DNA of 64,000 bases, taken from positions 72,168,001-72,232,000 of the forward strand of contig OX597815.1 in the NCBI GenBank assembly GCA_951406725.2, in the 5' to 3' direction. Origin of the DNA: Octopus vulgaris. Its lineage: Eukaryota. The first letter of the stretch is position 1, and every line of letters begins with the position of its first letter. Made by a program: the position numbers and the translations under genes. The notes below the pieces were generated by a model. It worked only from the letters and a program-made list of their open reading frames with translations. It had not been told where the DNA came from and did no database searches. Of the stretch, positions 13,761-28,800 are shown piece by piece.

Positions 13761-14064
13761 AAATATTCTTCTTCTGTTCCTTTTTTTTCTTCTCTTTTTT
13801 CTGTCTTTTTCTGTTCGCCAGAAACTTAAAGGATGATGATGTCATTCCATCAACGTGTGGATACTAGTTCATATTTTAGATTTGAATTTCTATAATTTTG
13901 AATTTTTATCACTTTTATTTTGAAATCGGCAAAGACAGGCTTGCTGTCGAAATACCGTTCAACCAATAAAATATCAATTGCAATCCCATCGCGCTCTTCG
14001 TCTTGTCTGTCTACCTTTGTGAAGAGTTACGCCAATCCCTTAAAATATTATTATTATTATTATA

Positions 14065-14110
<46 letters not shown>

Positions 14111-14114
<4 letters not shown>

Positions 14115-14307
14115 CATTTATATTACTTTGTCAAAGCTCTTTCATCACACATCTTGTGACCTCACCAGCGACTCTTTATCCCATGTGTCTCCTCTTGTCC
14201 TGCTTAGTCCAGAATAAGAGGAGACGTCTGGGACAGAGAGATGCTGAAGCGATCATAGAATGTGTGACGAAAGAACTTTGACAAAGAAACTAAAATAATA
14301 ATGATAA
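14111..14307. repeat. Imperfect inverted repeat of about 195 bp; each arm carries an HHR-core-like string
   Basis: Arms of about 90 bp. The minus arm reads CTGGTGA-GGTCAC..GTGAT-GAAA-GAGCTT and the plus arm CTGAAGC-GATCA..TGAC-GAAA-GAACTT; helix I is not evident. Confidence 0.75.
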
Positions 14308-14353
14308 AGCTGAAATGTGTTTAACTGGCAAAAATGACCATCTCCACGTATAT

Positions 14354-14441
<88 letters not shown>

Positions 14442-14446
<5 letters not shown>

Positions 14447-14730
14447 GAAAGTTTACGAAAATAAACAAAAGACGAAGACAGGCGGTGTACAAAACAAACA
14501 GATGTATTAGTATAGCGCTCAGGAATAGAAAAAGTCTTTTACGTTTCGAGCCTACGTTCTTCTACAGGAAGGTACACAGAAAAAACAAGGAGAGAAAAAA
14601 ATGTGTGTAGTGGCTAACGATCTATCATCGCGTCTGACTCGGACAAAATGGTCAGACGGGAGGGGGAAAGTAAGGGAGATAACAAGGTCAAGATGACCTC
14701 CAACACGAAGGAGCCCCCAACACAAAGGTG
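14442..14730 (-). mobile_element. pLTR-like repeat family H5 with minimal HHR (14536-14572)
   Basis: Reverse complement of 47900-48073; CTGTAGA-A-GAAC gtag GCTC-GAAA-CG-TA-AAAG. Confidence 0.7.
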
Positions 14731-14768
14731 CGATATATATATAAGTAACAAAGAGGTACAGATGTCAG

Positions 14769-14853
14769 TTCATTACGGCCATTTCTGACGGCTCCTTTAA
14801 TTGACTAATGAAAACATTACATCATTGTAAAGAAACCGCTTTTGTCAGATGAA
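14769..14853 (-). ncRNA. Type-I hammerhead motif with long helix II (H1-related), G8A
   Basis: TTCAT-CTGACAA-..GCGGTTTCTTTA...TAAAGGAGCCGT..-GAAA-TG GC CG-TA-ATGAA; helix I 5 bp, helix II base 12 bp. Confidence 0.7.
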
Positions 14854-14879
14854 TTCTTGACCTTCAAAATAAAGGATAT

Positions 14880-15580
<701 letters not shown>

Positions 15581-15590
15581 TATATATATA

Positions 15591-15650
<60 letters not shown>

Positions 15651-15882
15651 CACACACACGTAAATTAACGGTTAACCAAAAAGAAAGGCCGATAGAATAC
15701 GTATCGTTGGGGGTGGGGTGGAATTTCTTCGACTAAACCCTTCAAGGAAATGCTTCAGCGTTGCCGCACTCCCATGACGGAAAAAGTAAAAGAATAAAAA
15801 ATTATAAGAATATACACATACAGACAGACAGATAGACAGACGCGTGTGTATGCGTGTGTCTGTGTGCGTGTATGTGTGCAGT

Positions 15883-15914
<32 letters not shown>

Positions 15915-15972
15915 TGTATGTATGTATGTATGTATGTATATATATATACATATGTATATGTATATGCATATG

Positions 15973-16003
<31 letters not shown>

Positions 16004-16006
16004 GTA

Positions 16007-16039
<33 letters not shown>

Positions 16040-16433
16040 ATATATATATACATATGTATATGTATATGCATATGTATATATATATATATGTATGTATGTA
16101 TGTGTGTGTGTGTATAATCTCGCAGCCACGTACACACAGGTGGTGGTTGAGAAATGGGTGGCGAGACTTTAGAAACGCAAAGATTCAAAAATAATTTTGA
16201 GATATTTTACTGTTTTCATGTTGTCGGCGCCTCTTGTGTCTGTGTTCAAATCCCAACAGCACAGTCATTTCATCTGATTCCTCCGAGGGTTGCTCATGAA
16301 ATAAGTATGAGTTATACATGAATTTTAATGTTGCATCAAAACAAATACATACATTTATTTTGTTTGAAACTCGTTTAACGTTTTATATCAGAAGCTATTG
16401 ATGTCATAGGCGCATGTGTGTGTGTGTGTCTGT

Positions 16434-16490
<57 letters not shown>

Positions 16491-16555
16491 GTATATATAT
16501 ATATATATATACATATATATGTGTGTATATGTATGTATGAATGTATGTGTGTATG

Positions 16556-16587
<32 letters not shown>

Positions 16588-16815
16588 TGAGTGTATATAT
16601 ATATATATATATATACACCCATACGTAAATACGCACACACATGCACACTCATACACACACGCACACACACGAAATTACTGTTATGTTAATAGCTTTTCTT
16701 TTTATTTCAGTGATGTAGTATTAAACATATCCATAAATATCTATATATCTATCTATAGAAGTATGTATAAATATTTGTAGATATATTCTATACCACCTTA
16801 TACTGTACGTGTGAA

Positions 16816-16960
16816 CAGTGGCGTAGCATGGGTTTTGGTTGTCTTCTACAGTGGTCGAATTGGTGCCCCTTTACTTAAACATAACTACAGTAATTACACG
16901 TAGATGAAATGACCGTCCAGTGCGGATCGTCCACCCTGCAAACTCACACTACGCCAGAGA
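16816..16960. mobile_element. Decayed hAT-like MITE
   Basis: Ends CAGTGGCGTAG / CTACGCCAGAG; no clear TSD. Confidence 0.35.
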
Positions 16961-17009
16961 ACATCATGTAGTAAGACTTATGTCTGTCATGAGTCCTAGG
17001 ACTCTAAAC

Positions 17010-17615
17010 TGGCAGTCCGTCGGTTGCGACGACGAGAGTTCCAGCTGATCCAATCAAGGGAACACCCTGCTCATAAAATTAACGTGCAAGCGGTTGAGCA
17101 CTCCATAGACACGCGTACTCTTGACGTCGTTCTCAGGGAAATTAAGCGTACTACACAGAATGTGACAAGGCTGGTCCTTTGAACTACAGGTACTACTAAT
17201 TTTTGCCAGCTGAAGGGGCTTGGAGCAACGTGAAGTAAAATGCCTTGCTTAAGGACACAACATGCCACCGAGAATCGAACTCACGACCTTAAGATCATGA
17301 GCAGAATACCCTAACCACGAAGCCAAGCGCGTTCACTATCCTAGCAATAATACACACCTGTAAAGGTAAGGTAAGGTTACCTTCTCGAGTCATACCGACT
17401 CATTAGGGCGGGTTTCCTGATTTTCATGGCATAAAAGATCCCCACCTGGACAGGATGCCGGTCCGTCGCATTTTTGCCAGCTGACTAGACTGGAACAACG
17501 TGAAATGAAGTGTTTTACTCACTAACACAACGTTTCTCCCGGTCTAGGAATCGAAACCACTATCTTACGATCATGAGTCCAACCAATCAACCTAAGTACT
17601 AAGCCACGCGCCTCC
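17010..17615 (-). mobile_element. Two adjacent SINEs with family C-type tRNA heads and different tails (17010-17335 and 17361-17615)
   Basis: Minus-strand TGGCTT(C/A)GT..GG and GTT(T)CGATTC boxes; the second has an (ACCTT)n tail. Confidence 0.65.
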
Positions 17616-17864
17616 ACCCATACATTCTTGGGGTATAAGTGAATGAGAATACTACAACAGTCCCCCACTCCGAAGGGGAATTCCGGTCGGTCGCGCGATT
17701 ACCTTCTCTCAGATATTGCTGGAATTCATTTCCCTCAAGAATACAGTATACTACCCGGCCCGAGAATAGAGACGATAACCTGGCGAGCAACACCTTCACC
17801 ACTAGGTCTCGTGTCTGCAAATAAGTATAAATGTTTTAGAAAATTATTTAACATTACGATATTT

Positions 17865-18190
17865 TTCTATCTTTTACTTGTTTCAATCATTTGACTGCGA
17901 CCATGCTGGGGCACTGCCTTGAAGGGTTTTCAGTCGAAGAAATCGACCTCAGGACTTTTTTCCTTTTTAAGCTTGGTAGTCATTCTATCGGTCGTTTTTG
18001 CAGAACCGCTAAGTTACGGGAACGTAAACACACTAACACCGGTTGTCAAGCGGTGGGGGACAAACATAGACACAAAGAGACACACACACACACACATCTA
18101 TATATATGCCCAAGGTGCAACGCAGTGAGGCTGGACCTGGAAACCATGTGATTGGAAAGCAAGCTTCTTACCACACAACCACACCTGTAA
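17865..18190 (-). mobile_element. SINE family A with internal deletion
   Basis: Family A homology. Confidence 0.75.
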
Positions 18191-19624
18191 AAATTAAATT
18201 AAAATGTTAGTGCCGTAAATTGTTAAATATTTGGGAAGATGGCAAATGAACTTTTTGTTGTGTTCCCGACCACTTAGTGACTGACTGTGGGCGAAGTGAG
18301 ATGTTCAAAACTGGTAGCGCTTTCGCCTCATTAATAGAGAAGTTGAAGACATCTTCCTGCTGGAATAAACTGTAAGAAGTAAAAAGAAAGAATAAGGCAA
18401 GAAAATGGAAGTCATTAAAGACTTGCACGTTGAAACAATATTACTAATATCGGCACAAGGCCAGCAGTTTTGAGGGGAGGGGCAAATCAATTACATCATT
18501 CCCAGCACTTGACACATGCATTGCTTTTAGCGACTCCGAAAAGGATGAATGGTGAAGTCGCACACAAAGGTGAGCGCTCAAGTCACTCGCAAAATTTTTC
18601 ACAACCCACGCTAAATGTCCCACCCCAATTTTCCCACGACCCACCGGCGGGGCATATGCTCCACGTTGGAAAACACTGGTCTATACAAAGATGATCAGGC
18701 TATTATGAAAGAAAATAAGAGATAAAAAATAAGAGGTAAGTACTATGAAAATATGTTAATTAGAGGTTTAACGAATTAATTTTAGGGAAGAAAAACCACG
18801 GTGTGGTTCTCGAAGGGATTTTTTTTTCACGAACAGAAACAAAATTTCGTAAATGAATAGAATAAAAAAAACACATAGGGTTAGTTTTGTACAGAGTTAC
18901 TCAATGTTGGTTTCGGATGAAAGATTTATGTCATCCCAGCTCCGGTAACCCTTGTATGTATGTATGTATGTATGTATGTATGTATGTATGTATGTATGTA
19001 TGTATGTATGTATGCATGCATGTATATATGTATGTATGTATGTGTGTGTGTATGTGTGTATGTATGTATGTGTATGTCTGTACGTGTGTGTATGTATATA
19101 TGTATGTGTGTGTATGTATGTATGTATGTGTGTGTATGTATGTACATATGTGTGTGTGTATGTATGTATGTAATATGTATGTATGTATGCATGCATGTAT
19201 GTATGTATGTATGTATGTATGTATGTATGTATGTATGTATGCAGTGGGGCTCTGGTTTGGGAATTCTAGAGTTCTGAGGAGTGTGGAACCACCTGTTAGC
19301 CACTGTTACTCCCAGGTCTACTCTAACCCAAAGTAGTAGCACTCGCTAGAGTCTCAGCTATGGGTTAACTAGCATATGTGATGACATTCCACTTGAGAGA
19401 GAAAACGCTGAAATACCCTTCATTAGTGTCAGGGCGCGCAATAAAACCACCGGGAGTGAGTGACCCATAGGTGTTGTTGCAGTATCCTTCTAGGAGAGGA
19501 ACACTTTGATGTAAAAACTTACTGTTTCATATGATTATTGGTCATCTCGCTTCGGCCTGTCAATCGGCACTAATCACAGAGGCTCGGAGACTTGTCCTGG
19601 TGTTGCACAAGGGTTTATCACTAT

Positions 19625-19892
19625 AACCCAATGACGTACAGATGTCTTTTTATGGTGATCGTATTTGTCATTCTGTCTACTGAAATCCTATAGCGATGGA
19701 AAAGTGGTGATATGTGCTGACCTAACCAGCTGGAAGCGCACAGTAAGTTATAACTTTGGTCTGTCGCCGATGCTTCAAACCATGCAGATCTGCAGCGGGA
19801 CTGAGTTATCATCTGAGAGGCCATGGATGGAAAGTCAAGAATGCCATTGACAACTAGAAAGCACAAGGAGACAGCAATCATCTGTGAAGATG
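19625..19892 (+). mobile_element. RTE-clade LINE 3' end with C2H2 zinc finger
   Basis: ICADLTSWKRTV, then after a frameshift LVCRRCFKPCRSAAGLSYHLRGH. Confidence 0.6.
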
Positions 19893-20054
19893 GAGCAATT
19901 ACCATATATGTGTGTATATATGAACCAATGTGTGTACGCACGTATGTGTATATGCATATATGCATGTATGTATGCTAATAAAGACATATGTATATATATT
20001 GATGAACCACCTATTGTTCTCATCCATTTTTTATTTGCTCTCTATATATATATT

Positions 20055-20278
20055 CATTGCCCACAGGGGGCTAAATACAGAGAGGACAAACAAGGACAGA
20101 CAAACGGATTAAGTCGACTATATCGACCCCAGTGCGTAACTGGTACTTATTTAATCGACCCCGGAAGGATGAAAGGCAAAGTCGACCACGGCGGAATTTG
20201 AACTCAGAACGTAACGGCAGACGAAATGCGGCTATGCATTTCGCTCGGCGTGCTAACGTTTCTGCCAGCTCGCCACCC
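20055..20278 (-). mobile_element. SINE family B (MetaSINE-like central domain)
   Basis: Reverse complement of 45635-45873. The central GCCTTTCATCCTT..GGGTCGAT.AA.TAAGTACC resembles the Meta domain (from memory, not a search). Confidence 0.85.
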
Positions 20279-20604
20279 TATGCATATATATATATATTGG
20301 GCATGAGATGCTGCTAGCTTGAATCAGAAGAGATATGACTAATGATATTTTTACTTTTATAGAAACATTTTGAGCGCTATTCAAATACATATCTGTAGAT
20401 ATGTATTTGAATAATAATAAATACCAATAAATATCGGTAGATTGGTACCATGCATTAGTGAAGAGTGTAGATAAGAAATGAAATAAAGCTTGAGGGAGAA
20501 GAAAACTATCTCCTGCAAAACCCCTTTTAGTACAATATACGCTGAAATTTATTCAGTAAAACTATTTCGTATTAAAGCTTTTCTATTAGTATGAGATTCT
20601 TTAT

Positions 20605-20745
20605 TTCAAATTTCGCCGAGGTCGACTTTGCCTTTCATCCTTTTGGGATCGATAAATTAAGTACCAGTTGCGTAGTGGAGTCGATCTAATCAACTGGTCC
20701 CCTTTCTTCAAAAATTTCGGCCTTGTGCCTAGAGTAGAAAAAATA
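20605..20745 (+). mobile_element. SINE family B, 5'-truncated
   Basis: Matches 54000-54140 and 58388-58528. Confidence 0.8.
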
Positions 20746-20981
20746 TGTGATTCTCTTTCTTTGTTTTGTATGTAAAATTTGTGAAAGCATATTTTTCTAT
20801 CTTTACTTTCATATATTTTCCACGCACGCACACACACACGCAAACACATGCATACACACACACAAATATGCATATATATATATATATATATATCTGTATA
20901 TATGTATATATATCACTTATGAAAAAAAGGCAGATTTTCTGTCTGTGACTATGTTCCTTTTTAATACAATTGTACAATATA

Positions 20982-21401
20982 GAATTTCTTCAATTGGAAT
21001 TTACCTATGATTTTTCGAAGTAGATTCGATTGGGTCATGGCATATAAATTTTTTTCAATTTGACCCCCAATAAAGCAAAAATTCGAGAAAACTAAATATG
21101 TTACGATTTGCCTCTCTAATTTCAACTGCTTCACTCCGACTATTACCACACTTTCTCCTACTTTCTCTTTGCAAGTATACCTTCAATCACTACTCAAAAA
21201 AAATACATAGGAAACAGAAACAAATAAATACATAACGATTTACTCCTCACATAATTTTTTCAATTGGAATTTACCTATGATTTTTCGAAGTACATTCATT
21301 TGGGTCATGGCATATAAATTTCTTTCAATTTGACCCGTAATTAAGCAAAAATTCGAGAAAACTCAATATTTAACGATTTCCCTCTCTCATTTCAAATGCT
21401 T
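20982..21401. repeat. Diverged direct repeat of about 150 bp (20982-21131 and 21252-21401)
   Basis: Both copies contain CAATTGGAATTTACCTATGATTTTTCGAAGTA...GCAAAAATTCGAGAAAACT. Confidence 0.85.
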
Positions 21402-21662
21402 TATCGTCGCTAAGTTTTTGTAGTATTAATTTGCGAGCGTACTTCAGTTGTCAATTGTTGAAAGAAAGAAATTGTAAGCTAAGAAGGTGTGTGTGTGCGT
21501 GTGCGTGTGCATGCGTGTGTGTGTGTGTGTGTGTGTGTGTAGGAAGTGAACGATAAAAATATGGCAAGAAGTGGACAGATGTACATATATACACACATAC
21601 ATCCATACATACATACATGTGTGTGTCTGTGTGTATGTATGTGTATTAATGTGTGTGTGTTA

Positions 21663-22048
21663 TCTCTCTCTCTATAAAGCTGAAGTTGTCTGTGTGCGCC
21701 AGGTTTGGAAACCTTCAACTAACACTATCTCCTCCGAGACCCTGCGGCGCAAGTTGACCAAAATTGAGAGTATGATAGAAGAAGGGTTGTTCTTCCTTCC
21801 GTAGAAGATAAAATTCAAATCGGACCATGTTAACACCAAAAATTATTTACATAAAAAAGGTGCTTTTTTCTATGAAAATCCCTATTTTTTACGATTGCTG
21901 TGTCGCCACTTTTCGGTGTATTTCAACCAGAAAAATGTTCACTCGAAGAGAAGAATAACAAGCTACATAATGCAAAATTTTTACTTTTCAAAAATTTCAA
22001 TTCCAGCGGGTCGAAACAAACCTGAGCAACGCCGGGCGATACTGCTAG
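21663..22048 (+). mobile_element. Non-autonomous Helitron, second family
   Basis: 5' TC; 3' GAGCAACGCCGGGCGATACTGCTAG nearly identical to the end of 15187-15580. Confidence 0.75.
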
Positions 22049-23273
22049 TCTTTAATAAATTTCTATTTCTTATCGTTTTGAAAATAGATCCGCAGTAAAG
22101 CTACACGGCTTTCGTGAGCTTGGGCAAGGGATAGAACCGAACTGAGATGTTTCGTATTTTATTTAAAACAAAGAAAACAACTAGTGACATAGAACTTCTG
22201 AAAATGTAAACAAAATTTTGTCAGGCATTACAAAATTGCTACAGTATTATACAGTGTGTGTGTGTGTGTGTTGAATGTTCGTTTCGTTTCTGTTGTAACT
22301 TTTCCAATACGACCGTATGACTCAAATAACAGTTTTACCTAATATACGTGATTGACTTTCTCTTCTTATTTGAGGCAAGAGGCCACTGTAGTTCGCTGTG
22401 AAATTCTGCAAGCTATAGACATATTACACTTGACTTTGTTGTTTGAAGGCATACCACTAAGAAAAGACATCGGCTGTCGATATGTTGAGATGAAAGGAAA
22501 ACAGATTTGTCGACGAAGAATAGCTGTCGTCTGCTTATACGATGGAGGGAAGAGGAGGAAGAATGGGATATAAATTTTAAGTGGGAACTCTTTTAGAATA
22601 TAAATTTAATCGTAAGCGATGATATCTTTGAGAAGCGGTCATCCATTAAGATCACAAGAATTAACAAAGAGAAAACAGCTAGCATTCTCTGCCAATAAAA
22701 TTCAATTAGAAACCACTTTATTTACATAAATTAGAAGTCTACCATTGTAAAGGGAATATAACAGTGGCCGATGGGAAATTTAGGAGGTGAAAGAAAAGAC
22801 GAGGCCTTTCGTTAAGTTCTAAGAAATATTCGCCTGTCTAATAAAACAAAACAACATTAAAATGAAGGAAACAAACGACAATTCAGTGTTTGTGATTAAT
22901 CCATACGCCTTACATTATTATGATTGTTGTTGTTGTTTGTTGTTTGTTGTGTAAGTGACTGGACTCTATGGTTTCACAATTTCCTTCTCTCATCGTTTCG
23001 TTCGCAACAACAACAAGGCAGGTCGACAAGTGAATGATTTAAAGGCCAGTTGTGGTAGAACTTTCGCAGTAGATTTTCGTCTGATATGGCGTGCTAATGA
23101 TCTCATTTTGTGATGAAGAGAGAAATCGGAGGTCTTTGAGACGGAACACTTCAAAGACTTTTACCGATTGGATTGTTTGTCAATGGCTTTGTAGTAATTC
23201 ATGCCCTATCGTTTTTTACTTTTTCTCCGTGTGTGTGTGTGTTTGTGTTTGTGTGTGTGAGAGAGAGAGGGAT

Positions 23274-23313
<40 letters not shown>

Positions 23314-23491
23314 AGAGAGAGAAAAAGTTTTATTGATTCTGTTGTTTATGTTTTGCTTGTATTTCGTTGTTTTCCTTCTTCTTACGAAGCAGCTGTCGAA
23401 AAAGAAAGATAGCGAATGATTTGACCACCGTTAGCTTACGGAAACACTTTGAAGAATAACATAAGGGAACATAATGCAAAGAATAAGGAAT

Positions 23492-23601
<110 letters not shown>

Positions 23602-23653
23602 GACAGACAGAGACAGACAAGCAGATAGACAGACAGACAAGGACAGAGAAACG

Positions 23654-23694
<41 letters not shown>

Positions 23695-24231
23695 CGAATA
23701 AATAAAAAGAGAAATAAAAAGAATGAGACAAAACGATACGGAGAGAGAAATATTAATTTTTTTAAAAAATTAATCAACATTAGTGTGTAGTTACACACGA
23801 ATAAATGTCTAATCAAGTCGGAACACCTGATCGAAAATAATTAACAAAGAATAAATGACGAAAAGGGAAAATAAAATAAAAGTGTTAAAAAGGTTAAGGG
23901 TGGGATGTACACGGATAAAACTTGAGGTTAAATTTGTGATTATTAGTGCAAAGGTTAGGTTTTGTGGTATTTCTTCCGGCTCTAATTACGATTCGAGGTC
24001 GATTTTCGTACTGATAGACTTTGCCTTTCATCCTTTCGATCGATAAAATAAAGTACCAGTCAAGTACTGGTGTTCATGTAATCAACTCATCTCTCTCTTT
24101 AAGAATTGCTGACCTTGTGCCAAAATTAGAGAGAATTATTGTCATTACGGTGAGTTGGTAGAAACGTTAGCGTTGTGAGTGGTTTGGTAGACGGAAACTG
24201 AAAGAAGCCCGTAGTATATATATATATATAT

Positions 24232-24508
24232 TTCGTTTTTGGATTTGGTTTGCACGATTCTTTATATGAGTTCGTGTGTTGAAGCATATTCTGTTGTGTC
24301 TGGGGAGAGTCATTCTCTTTTAGTGTCTTATTATTTAACACACTCACCGGTAAAATTTCCACTTATTTCTTATTTTTATTTTCTAAAATTTTCGCTGCGT
24401 CTTGCAACCTTTTAGACGCAACAAAAATAAGAAATAAGTGGAAATTTTACCGGTGAGTGTGTTAAATAATAAGGCACTAAAAGAGGATGACTCTCCCCAG
24501 GCACAACA

Positions 24509-24509
<1 letters not shown>
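24232..24509. mobile_element. Inverted pair of pLTR-like repeat (87-bp arms) with a truncated HHR half at the junction
   Basis: 24291-24377 is the reverse complement of 24423-24509; minus strand 24383-24412 reads GTTGC aagac GCAGC-GAAA-ATTT-TA; flanked by TA tracts; distantly related pieces near 44960-45180 and 51965-52120. Confidence 0.65.
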
Positions 24510-24594
<85 letters not shown>

Positions 24595-24598
24595 ATGA

Positions 24599-24660
<62 letters not shown>

Positions 24661-24839
24661 GTTTCAACAGCAAATGCACTATATTGCACTAATACAAACT
24701 CTGATGGTAACTAAACAAAAAATGGTAACACTTTTGCTACATGAAAATCTTATTTGTCTAACTTTACTAGCGACACATTAATGGCCGTTGACAAAGTATT
24801 GGAAGTCATCCTGTTCTCATTCTTTCCCTTGTCCGCGAG

Positions 24840-24883
<44 letters not shown>

Positions 24884-25020
24884 CACACACGCACACACAC
24901 ACACGCACACGTTCACTTTCCTGACAAGAATCGAATGTAACTCAGTTTCTATTTACAAAAGGTGACGGCAGTTAATGCATTAATGAATAGCATATATAAT
25001 GTTTGTGTCCATGTAAATGG

Positions 25021-25059
<39 letters not shown>

Positions 25060-25475
25060 CATATACAAAATCGAACACACATACACAAGGTGTATTTGTT
25101 GTTAGTTACTGGGCCATCTGCGTTTTTAGGCGAAAGAGAATATATTCTCAATACGCCTGGTGTTAAAACACCTGAAAGTCTTTAGCAAGAACGACAACTC
25201 ACACCGGGTTCCTTTCCGGAGCGACAGACAACGATGTTCCGTCATTGTTGTTACTTTTCAATTCCGCTTACCTAACAAGGCGTACTGCAAGCTATGTTGC
25301 CGACTATGACTATATGCTAAATGGTTTGAAAAACCACCAGCTGACATGCCCCAGCGTTTCATGCTACGGAAAAAAAAAATTGAAGAAGTAGCTGGAGGTA
25401 TATAAACATATTTATGAGAATATATACCTTGAACTGTTTCTAATTCATTTTTGAATACGCACATACATACATACA

Positions 25476-25577
<102 letters not shown>

Positions 25578-25714
25578 TAATAACAAATGAATAAATAAAA
25601 CATATGCATATATACATACATATATGTACATATCTTATGTATATATGCATATATTTTATTTATTAATTTGTTATTATATGATCGAACGCCATGCATCCGC
25701 TTCCAAATAAGTTT

Positions 25715-25818
<104 letters not shown>

Positions 25819-25824
25819 TATATC

Positions 25825-25869
<45 letters not shown>

Positions 25870-26469
25870 TCGAGAGTTACAAGAACTCGAGAGTTACAAG
25901 TCGCCTTTCACGTATCTAGGACAATAATAGCAGTTCTAGTAGTTTAGTATTTGATTTACAATTACACTGTGTAAAAAAAAAAAATTGTATTTCTCTCTAG
26001 AAATCAAAAGAAATGACTACTCTTCCCTTCAAACTTTGCTTTTGTGGCTTGGATATCAACGTTTTGAAGCTGACCTATTTTCCATTACATTTCAAACATT
26101 CAGTGCTGAGCTGCTGAAGCAGAAATATCATAATAGCAAACATTCTGCTCAATACTACAGATTTGCTTGTCAGTTGCTTGACCTTAACTACTTGAGCATA
26201 TTTCTTAGTGGCTGACAATACGTGCATCTCTGATCACGAGTAGGAGTAGTGGGGGAGCATCATACTTGTTGAGAGGGATTTTCCGGGGTTTGAATAAATA
26301 CAGCAAAAGCAAAGTTTGAAGGAAATATTAACCATTTTTTTTATAGTTTCGAGAGGTAAGCAAATAAGAAATAACAGTCGCTACCCAAGGACAAAGATCA
26401 TGTTACACAGTTTTATTATGTCATTCACCAAAATATAGTGGCATCGATATCACAAATGTTTTATTCTTT

Positions 26470-26812
26470 TGCTTGTTTCTTTTTTTACGATAGGAGAGTT
26501 TCCCAAACATTTCTTTCAAATGTCTAGAGGACTCTTCTGTCGTAATCTACTGATGAAGGTTCCACAACTTCTTGCTGAGCAATTTGCTCAGAAGATTTGT
26601 TTATAGTGGTCGAATGTTTGTGGTGTACATTGGCTCATTACTTCCATCAAATTCATATTACCTATATAGGTGCATGGTGTGCCGCACATCAGATGTTGAA
26701 GTGATTGTTCAGTAACGTGAAATGCAGTATTTTGCTCAGGAACACAACGCATCACCCGGTCCGGGAATCGAAACCACGATCTTGCCCTAACCACAAAGGC
26801 TACACGCCTTCA
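26470..26812 (-). mobile_element. SINE family C
   Basis: Reverse-complement homology to 5372-5660 and 48563-48832. Confidence 0.7.
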
Positions 26813-27499
26813 CCTTTGAATGTCTTGTACCAGGGGAAGAAACCAAACACGTGATCTTATGGTTGTTTGTGTGACTCTCATCCATAAAGTAGATGTCTCT
26901 TCAGTCAACTAATAAGTAACCACCGCCATATTTCAAAGGCAACTTCCAAGCTATTTATCTAATCAAACAGACAAATAACCATTTGAAATAATTAGCTTCT
27001 TTGTATTGGAAAATGAGGTAAATAAAATCAAATAAACAAATTGAATAAATAGATAGACTGGCAACTAAATAAATATATATGTTGGCGACGCAAAGACAAA
27101 AACACGAAATGGGAGGAAAATAGCATTTTAAAAATCTCTCTAACCGTTATTTACGCAAGTTATGTATTTGCTTGTACTTTCGTTTGAATCTCTTACCGAC
27201 TTTGATAATAAGGAAAAGCTGGCTGGCTGACTGACTGGCTGGCTGGCTGAATGGATGGATGGATGGATGGAGAGGATTGAGTTAAAGGAAGAGAGAAATG
27301 GGATTGTGGCCTTCGAACACAAAGAAAGAGGAAATATTATAGCCATTCTTTTTTCAATAGTTTCTGAGAGGTAAGCGGGTTGAAGGAATGGTAACGACCT
27401 TTGTGCTTTCTTCACAAGAGCTTTTTACTGTACCTCATCAAATCTAATGACTATTCAAATTGTTTTGTGATTATTATTGTTGTTGTAGTAGTAGTAGTA

Positions 27500-27598
<99 letters not shown>

Positions 27599-28724
27599 TT
27601 AAAATATAAAAACAACAAATAATATCGAAATAAAATTAAAGAAAAACATCTAGCAAATAAACAATAAAATATATATGAAAATACAATGTAAACATGAACG
27701 AAAACAACAGCCACAACGACAATAACAAGATCAGCAACAACAACACCAATAGCAACAACAACACCAATAGCAACAACAACGACGACAAGACCATCGACAA
27801 CAACAATAGCAACAACAACATTAAGAAAAGTAACCAAGAACGACAACAACAACGACAACGGCAACAACAGTACCATCAACAACAACAACAACAACACATG
27901 TCTGATATGAATGGATATATAATTAGTCACGTGATGCTTTTTCGTATCAAGTGTGGAGATAGTGGTGGGGGTGTGTTAAGATGGAGTACTTGTGTGGAGC
28001 ACAGAGTAAAGTTACGGTGTGGTGTAGGGAAGAGCAACGGTGGTGGCTTACTCGCTAACAAAGAGCAGAAGGAGGAGGAAGAAGTGGAGATGGGTGTCGG
28101 TAGGTGTAGACCGGCAAATGGCGGTTTGCTGTATGTATGTATGACGCAGTATGGCGCTGCTCGGTACAAAGTAGGGTGGTTATGGGTTAGGGTTTACGTG
28201 AAAAATAGAGCGGCAGGGCGGTGTAGGATATTTCATAGAATTCTGTTTGAATCTTCTCCAGCAATGAGCGACAACATCCGACTACTTGAGCCAATGCTTC
28301 CTCCTTTTTCCTGTTTCCAACCACAAGTACCAGTCAGCCATTTCGTTTTTGTTTTTGTGTGTGTGTGTGTGTTTTTTTCTTTTCCTGAAGAGCCATCAAG
28401 CCATGATGGCTTTTGAACAATGGCTAATTGTTGGGAGTTCGGCAAAATTAGCTACATTGGAAAAATAACGACGTAATGGGATGATGCTGAGGTAGTAATA
28501 TTAATGAATAATAACTCACCAATAATAATAATAATAATAATAATAACTAATAAATTCACTGTTTTATTTTTTTGTTTTTGTTTTGGGGTGGGGGCGTCCA
28601 ACAATATGGCTTATTTGGAATTGGAAATTAAAAACCGCGAAGACATCCTATGGTCTCAAACAATAGTATACATACATACATATTATATACGCTAGCTCAT
28701 ACACACACACGCGCGCGCACACAA

Positions 28725-28800
<76 letters not shown>

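Noticed and set aside
27694-28416. 240-aa N/Q-rich ORF
   Set aside because: First third is (AAC)n microsatellite; the remainder has no recognisable motif and runs through a GT repeat.
28385-28420. CTGAAGA followed by a 7-bp hairpin, as a possible hammerhead
   Set aside because: Followed by TTTTGAAC rather than GAAA; no helix I or III.
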